A stretch of DNA of 64,000 nucleotides from Flavisolibacter sp. GTDB taxonomy: Bacteria; Bacteroidota; Bacteroidia; Chitinophagales; Chitinophagaceae. Under the pieces are notes generated by a model. That model worked only from the letters and a program-made list of their open reading frames with translations, did no database searches and was not told the origin of the DNA. The translations under genes were made by a program, and so were the position numbers. The DNA is taken from contig DASYHD010000040.1 in assembly GCA_035998945.1 (NCBI GenBank), positions 57,062-121,061 on the forward strand, read 5' to 3'. Each line of letters starts with the position of its first letter. Position 1 is the stretch's first letter. Below, piece by piece: positions 57,011 through 64,000 of this stretch.

Positions 57011-57316
57011 TTACTTTTCTTCAGCAGGCACAATGATAAACAGGTCTTCGTTTTCCCGCTTCATATGATACCTTTCACGGGCAAATTTTTCAATAGCCGC
57101 CGCATTGGACTGAATATCCCTCGAAAACTTTTTGCTTTCTTCGATCTTTTGCGAAAAATAAGTTTTATTGTCTTCAATCTCAGCGAGTTCATTGCTCCGC
57201 TGCAGTTGGGTGAATATGTCGTTTTTATCGAAGAAAAGCATCCAAACGGCAAATACCGACAGCGTAAACAGGTACTTGTTACGCAGGAAAGATGGAATGA
57301 AAGAAAGGAAATTCAT
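57011..57316 (-). CDS. ftsB: septum formation initiator FtsB/DivIC family
   Basis: NKY, TM, FFDKND, coiled coil, IEKFARERYHMKRENE; downstream of eno. Confidence 0.88.
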   Translation of the reverse strand: MNFLSFIPSFLRNKYLFTLSVFAVWMLFFDKNDIFTQLQRSNELAEIEDNKTYFSQKIEESKKFSRDIQSNAAAIEKFARERYHMKRENEDLFIIVPAEEK

Positions 57317-57374
57317 ATGAGATCAGATAACAGATGGTAGATGACTGATGATGGTGGTAAAACTATAAAAAAAT

Positions 57375-57432
57375 GATGACAGATGGAAGGTGACAGGAAT
57401 TATTCCTTGCCGGTCACCTTCCATCTGTCATC
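57375..57432. repeat. perfect 20-bp inverted repeat between eno and ftsB
   Basis: gatgacagatggaaggtgac (57375-57394) and gtcaccttccatctgtcatc (57413-57432). Confidence 0.88.
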
Positions 57433-57445
57433 TATCTGACTTCTC

Positions 57446-59700
<2,255 letters not shown>

Positions 59701-59773
59701 GGATCAAAGGTAATATGGAGATGTGATGAAGTGCGGATAAAAAGAACCCTCAATTCGCATATCCGCATATCTG

Positions 59774-60004
59774 CTAATCCGCATATCGATCATACTCGCC
59801 TTTCCACGCATACCAGCCAAACACGGTAAGGCCAATAGCGATGGGGGTAAAAATGGCAATGATGATGATCCAGGGGAGAGGCTTATTAATGTCGTCTGTG
59901 CCGTTGGGATTGATGTTGTTGATGGCACCCCAAATTAAAACGGCAATAGCGATGGGTCCCAGTACCATCCAGATTAATCCCAAAAAGCGTTTCAGTTGAT
60001 TCAT
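59774..60004 (-). CDS. small 2-TM protein (DUF6814-like)
   Basis: 76 aa with two TM segments, IFTPIAIG..FGWYAWKGEY. Confidence 0.7.
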   Translation of the reverse strand: MNQLKRFLGLIWMVLGPIAIAVLIWGAINNINPNGTDDINKPLPWIIIIAIFTPIAIGLTVFGWYAWKGEYDRYAD

Positions 60005-60057
60005 GCTAAAATCTTTTTACCGTGAAGCTGTTATTATACTTTCTGTGTTTTTGGCGC

Positions 60058-61530
60058 TCATTCCGATTCATTGCTTTCGGTTTTATTGGAGAGATACAAG
60101 GTTCCAATAATAAAGCTGAGTGCTGCTATACCAATCGGATACCAAAGCCCCGAAAGATGATCGGTACCCTTGATGGTGGTGATCAGCGTAGCAATAAACG
60201 GCACCAGCCCGCCAAATACACCGTTGCCAATATGATAGGGCAGCGACATTGATGTGTAACGGATTTTAGTAGGAAACAACTCTACCAGGAAAGCGGCAAT
60301 AGGGCCATAGACCATTGTGACAAACAGAACCATTGCGAAGATCAGTGCGATCATCTGCCATTTATCGGCTTCACTAAGTGTGACTTCGTTTTTGATTTTA
60401 GGCTCTCCCGCCGTTTGGGTAGCCGTTGTTTTTAACCGGCTGCCGTCTTCAAAATCTTTAATCACGGTGGTTACAGCGGCTTGTAAGGTAGCATTGTTGG
60501 CAGTAGCGGACGTAGTGGCTGCAATGTTCTTATGTGTTACATCTGAAAGCGTGTATAAGCGGTCGAAGATGGGGCGGTAGAATAAGACGCCGAGTAACAT
60601 ACCAATCATCATGATGTTTTTTCGCCCCCATTTATCTGAAAGACTGCCAAACAACACAAAGAAAGGTGTGGCTATCGCCAGTGCAATCAGGATGATGGTA
60701 TTTGCCTGTTCGTACTCCAGGTTGCATTTGCTGAGAAGAAAGGTCTGCGCATAAAACTGGCCCGTGTACCAGATCACCCCTTGTCCCATGGTAACGCCAA
60801 AAAGGGCCAGCAGCACCATCTTGAAGTTGGACTTGTTACCAAAACTTTCTTTCAAAGGGTTTTTCGAAGTTTTGCCTTCACCTTTCAACTTGGCAAACAG
60901 GGGCGACTCCTGCATGCGCAGGCGGATAAAAATGGAAACACCCACCAGTAATATGGAAAGAAGGAACGGATAACGCCAGCCATCGCCATTGGTAAATTCA
61001 TCCACGCCAACAATGCGGCGGATAGAAAGAATAACACCTAGCGAAAGAAACAATCCTAACGTAGCTGTGGTTTGTATCCAGCTGGTGTAAAAGCCACGTC
61101 TATTCGCCGGGGAATGTTCGGCCACGTAGGTAGCCGCGCCGCCATATTCACCGCCGAGTGCAAGACCTTGCAACAGCCGGAGAATGAGAACAAGGAAAGG
61201 TGCCCATGCACCAATGGTGGCATAGGAGGGAATGCAGCCAATCAGGAAGGTCGATAAGCCCATCAGGACCAGCGTCAGGAGAAAGGTGTACTTCCGCCCA
61301 ATAAGATCGCCAAGCCTGCCAAACACCAGCGCACCAAAAGGCCGTACAATAAAGCCGGCGGCAAACGTGGCTAATGTGGACAGCAGTGCTGCGGTTGGAT
61401 TTTCAGCGGGAAAAAACTTGGCTGCGATGATGGTGGATAAACTGCCGAAAATGTAAAAGTCGTACCATTCAATGAGTGTGCCTACGGAAGATGCGGTGAT
61501 GACCTTCCAGATACCTTTGGGTGATGCCAT
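60058..61530 (-). CDS. MFS transporter (metabolite:H+ symporter family)
   Basis: GTLIEWYDFYIF, GRLGDLIGRK, LRLLQGLALGGEYGG, ELFPTKIRY. Confidence 0.93.
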   Translation of the reverse strand: MASPKGIWKVITASSVGTLIEWYDFYIFGSLSTIIAAKFFPAENPTAALLSTLATFAAGFIVRPFGALVFGRLGDLIGRKYTFLLTLVLMGLSTFLIGCIPSYATIGAWAPFLVLILRLLQGLALGGEYGGAATYVAEHSPANRRGFYTSWIQTTATLGLFLSLGVILSIRRIVGVDEFTNGDGWRYPFLLSILLVGVSIFIRLRMQESPLFAKLKGEGKTSKNPLKESFGNKSNFKMVLLALFGVTMGQGVIWYTGQFYAQTFLLSKCNLEYEQANTIILIALAIATPFFVLFGSLSDKWGRKNIMMIGMLLGVLFYRPIFDRLYTLSDVTHKNIAATTSATANNATLQAAVTTVIKDFEDGSRLKTTATQTAGEPKIKNEVTLSEADKWQMIALIFAMVLFVTMVYGPIAAFLVELFPTKIRYTSMSLPYHIGNGVFGGLVPFIATLITTIKGTDHLSGLWYPIGIAALSFIIGTLYLSNKTESNESE

Positions 61531-61592
61531 GCAGTGGGTTGGGTTCTTTAACTTTAAAACTTAAAAAGAGAAAGATAACATGTTCGGTTCAT

Positions 61593-61633
61593 ATCAAAAA
61601 CAATCCCCGCACCGGGCGGGGATTGTTTTTGAT
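61593..61633 (-). terminator. intrinsic terminator after the zf-TFIIB gene
   Basis: 18-bp arms atcaaaaacaatccccgc/gcggggattgtttttgat. Confidence 0.75.
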
Positions 61634-61965
61634 TAAAAATCAAAGAAATCATCAAGAAAGCCTTTCTTTTTTTTATGCTTGTAATAAGGATCATTATACC
61701 GCTTGTCGCCATAGTAACGATCCTTCTTATAATAATCATCGTCATATGGCCTTTGCTGGAATGGCTGATTGGGCTGTGAAGGCTGGCTTTGTTGACCACC
61801 GGGCTGGCTTTGCTCCGGCCCTGAATAAAACGCATTGGAGCGTTCGATGATCTTATCGAGCTCTCCACGATCAAGCCAAACACCACGGCACTTTGGACAA
61901 TAGTCAATCTCCACGCCATTCCTGTCAGTCATAACCAAGGTTTCATTACAATTGGGACAATTCAT
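61633..61965 (-). CDS. zf-TFIIB zinc-ribbon domain protein
   Basis: CPNC...IDYCPKCRGVWLDRGELDKI, low-complexity linker, KKKKGFLDDFFDF. Confidence 0.88.
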   Translation of the reverse strand: MNCPNCNETLVMTDRNGVEIDYCPKCRGVWLDRGELDKIIERSNAFYSGPEQSQPGGQQSQPSQPNQPFQQRPYDDDYYKKDRYYGDKRYNDPYYKHKKKKGFLDDFFDF

Positions 61966-61990
61966 ATAGAAGGGTTTTGAAATGAGTTCG

Positions 61991-62638
61991 TTATTTTGTT
62001 GACTTCAAACCATCAAACTCATAGATGGGATCAATATGTGTGCCCGCTTTCATTTCGAACACACGCTTGATCAGACCGTCTTTTAGCCCATATACCCATC
62101 CGTGCAGATCGGGCCGCTGCTCCCGCTGCCAGTAGCGTTGAATGATACTGGTTTTGGCCAAGTTGTTTACCTGCTCCTGTACATTCAGTTCCACCAGCCG
62201 GTTTGTGCGTTCTTCCTCATCTTTAATGGCTTCAATCTCGGATCGGTGATTGCGGATCACATCCTTGATATTACGCAACCACATATTGAGCACCGGCTTA
62301 AAATCTTGTTGGGTTGATGCCGCTTTAACGCCGCCACAGCCATAATGGCCGCAAACGATAATGTGTTTTACTTTCAGGTGTGCAACGGCATAATCCAAAA
62401 CAGCCAACAGGTTCACATCTGTATGCACTACAAGGTTGGCAACGTTACGGTGAACAAAGATCTCACCGGGTTGCGTACCCGTAATTTCATTGGCTGGTAC
62501 ACGGCTGTCGCTGCAGCCAATCCATAAAAATTCAGGTTGTTGCAGGTGCGCTAACCGTTCAAAATACTCCGGGTCGTCCGCTATTTTTTCCTGTGCCCAC
62601 GCTTTGTTCTCCAACAATAATTTTTCGTATGAATACAT
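61991..62638 (-). CDS. can: beta-class carbonic anhydrase
   Basis: IGCSDSRVP, FVHRNVAN, CGHYGCGG. Confidence 0.95.
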   Translation of the reverse strand: MYSYEKLLLENKAWAQEKIADDPEYFERLAHLQQPEFLWIGCSDSRVPANEITGTQPGEIFVHRNVANLVVHTDVNLLAVLDYAVAHLKVKHIIVCGHYGCGGVKAASTQQDFKPVLNMWLRNIKDVIRNHRSEIEAIKDEEERTNRLVELNVQEQVNNLAKTSIIQRYWQREQRPDLHGWVYGLKDGLIKRVFEMKAGTHIDPIYEFDGLKSTK

Positions 62639-62668
62639 ATTCTAGTTTTTCTTTTTTAAATAGCGAGG

Positions 62669-64000
62669 TTAAGCGCCGGCTGGAACTACATTTTTCTCGT
62701 GTGTACGAATAATGTCTGCTTCATCACGGTTGTTTTCAATCACCAATTGACTGAATCCGTGGTTGCGGAATGGACTCGTTTTAATCTCTACATAAATATT
62801 TTTCAACGGCGCATGGATCATGAAGTCCTCTATTACTTCAATAATATCCTTATCAATAAAATCAGCGCGGCTGGTATCGATAATAACCGAAGAATTCTCA
62901 GGGATATCTTCCAGCTTGTTTTTTATGATTGGTTTGTTGAGAAACGATACGTCTTTCCGCAAACGAAAGAGATACTTGTTGTCATCATGTACAACAAATA
63001 CAGATGAACGGAAATTGCTGCGCATCACAAAGAAGATTCCCACGCCAATACCTATGACCACGCCAACCAACAGGTCCGTCAATAGAATGGCCACAATGGT
63101 AATTACAAACGGGAAGAATTGGTCCCAGCCTTTTTTGTAGTGGGAAATAAAAAGAGCCGGTTTTGCCAGTTTATAGCCCGTGAAAATCAGCACGGCTGCC
63201 AGGGCTGCTTTCGGAATCAGGTTCAATATACCAGGAATCAGTGCCACACAGCTTAGGAGCAATGCACCATGCATGATGGTAGACATCTTTGATTTGGCTC
63301 CTGAATTTACGTTGGCCGATGAACGCACGATTACCGATGTCACCGGCAAACCACCAATCAGACCTGAAAGCATATTGCCGACACCCTGGGCCCGAAGTTC
63401 ACGGTCTTTGTTGGTAACGCGTTGGTAGGGGTCCAGGTCATCTACGGCTTCAATGCTCAACAGGGTCTCTAAACTGGCAACAAGAGCCAGGGTAACACCT
63501 GTGATCCAAACATCTTTATTGGCAAATACACTAAAATCGGGGTGGGTGAAAAAAGAGAAAAATTCACCTGCTGATGAGGCCTGCGGTATTACCACAAGAT
63601 GTTCCCCGGAAAGTGCATTACCGGTATTCATATTCTGCACTACCAGGTTGATACCCACACCAATCAAAACCACCAGCAGAGGAGCTGGAATCATCTTGAT
63701 AAATCCTTTGCGGTTCGCTGTCAATTTTTCCCATATAAAATGAAAAGCAAGACAAACGCCTCCAATTAAAAATGCAACAGGCGTGATGTGTGCAAATCCG
63801 TTGAGAAAGTTAGCGAAGATATTGCCTTGCGCAGGAAGTGGAACATTCTCGTCAGTCTCAAAACGCGAATCATCGCCAAGAAGGTGAGGAAACTGGTTCA
63901 GGATAAGAATAAGGCCAATGGCTGCCAGCATGCCTTTGATCACTGCATTGGGTACATAGTCTCCAATAACACCTGCTTTTATAAAACCCAGGATTAACTG
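62669..64000 (-). CDS. SulP/SLC26 family anion (bicarbonate) transporter, 5' end outside the window
   Basis: VPNAVIKGMLAAIG, NKDRELRAQGVGN, GGLPVTSVIVRSSAN; the frame stays open to the window edge. Confidence 0.92.
   Translation of the reverse strand, partial: QLILGFIKAGVIGDYVPNAVIKGMLAAIGLILILNQFPHLLGDDSRFETDENVPLPAQGNIFANFLNGFAHITPVAFLIGGVCLAFHFIWEKLTANRKGFIKMIPAPLLVVLIGVGINLVVQNMNTGNALSGEHLVVIPQASSAGEFFSFFTHPDFSVFANKDVWITGVTLALVASLETLLSIEAVDDLDPYQRVTNKDRELRAQGVGNMLSGLIGGLPVTSVIVRSSANVNSGAKSKMSTIMHGALLLSCVALIPGILNLIPKAALAAVLIFTGYKLAKPALFISHYKKGWDQFFPFVITIVAILLTDLLVGVVIGIGVGIFFVMRSNFRSSVFVVHDDNKYLFRLRKDVSFLNKPIIKNKLEDIPENSSVIIDTSRADFIDKDIIEVIEDFMIHAPLKNIYVEIKTSPFRNHGFSQLVIENNRDEADIIRTHEKNVVPAGA

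Overview
This is a 64-kb chromosomal window from a Bacteroidota genome, most likely Chitinophagaceae. The evidence is gldA/gldD/gldE, SusC/SusD pairs, TAnnTTTG promoter elements and a Bacteroidota-type bS22. It holds about 46 genes and is mostly housekeeping (purF, holB, radA, comF, rne/rng, HU, mutY, ssb, nth, eno, ftsB, beta-carbonic anhydrase/SulP), plus a CAZyme-free tandem SusC/D locus with a Zn-peptidase lipoprotein. I saw no tRNA, rRNA, CRISPR array or transposase. The best candidate for an undescribed system is 46930-55822, which has four parts: (1) an HD-phosphohydrolase fused to a Pycsar-type (DUF5706) membrane effector; (2) an SdiA-regulated beta-propeller lipoprotein; (3) an Omp85-barrel protein that carries a complete purple-acid-phosphatase domain and, by my motif reading, a cryptic PI3/4-kinase/actin-fragmin-kinase-like domain; (4) a GAF protein with motifs resembling a split class III nucleotide-cyclase site. 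Other points are a 30-aa ribosomal protein bS22 gene missed by the ORF track, and recurring 6-9-nt-periodic inverted-repeat pairs in intergenic gaps. All domain calls come from reading motifs by eye; no database search was run.
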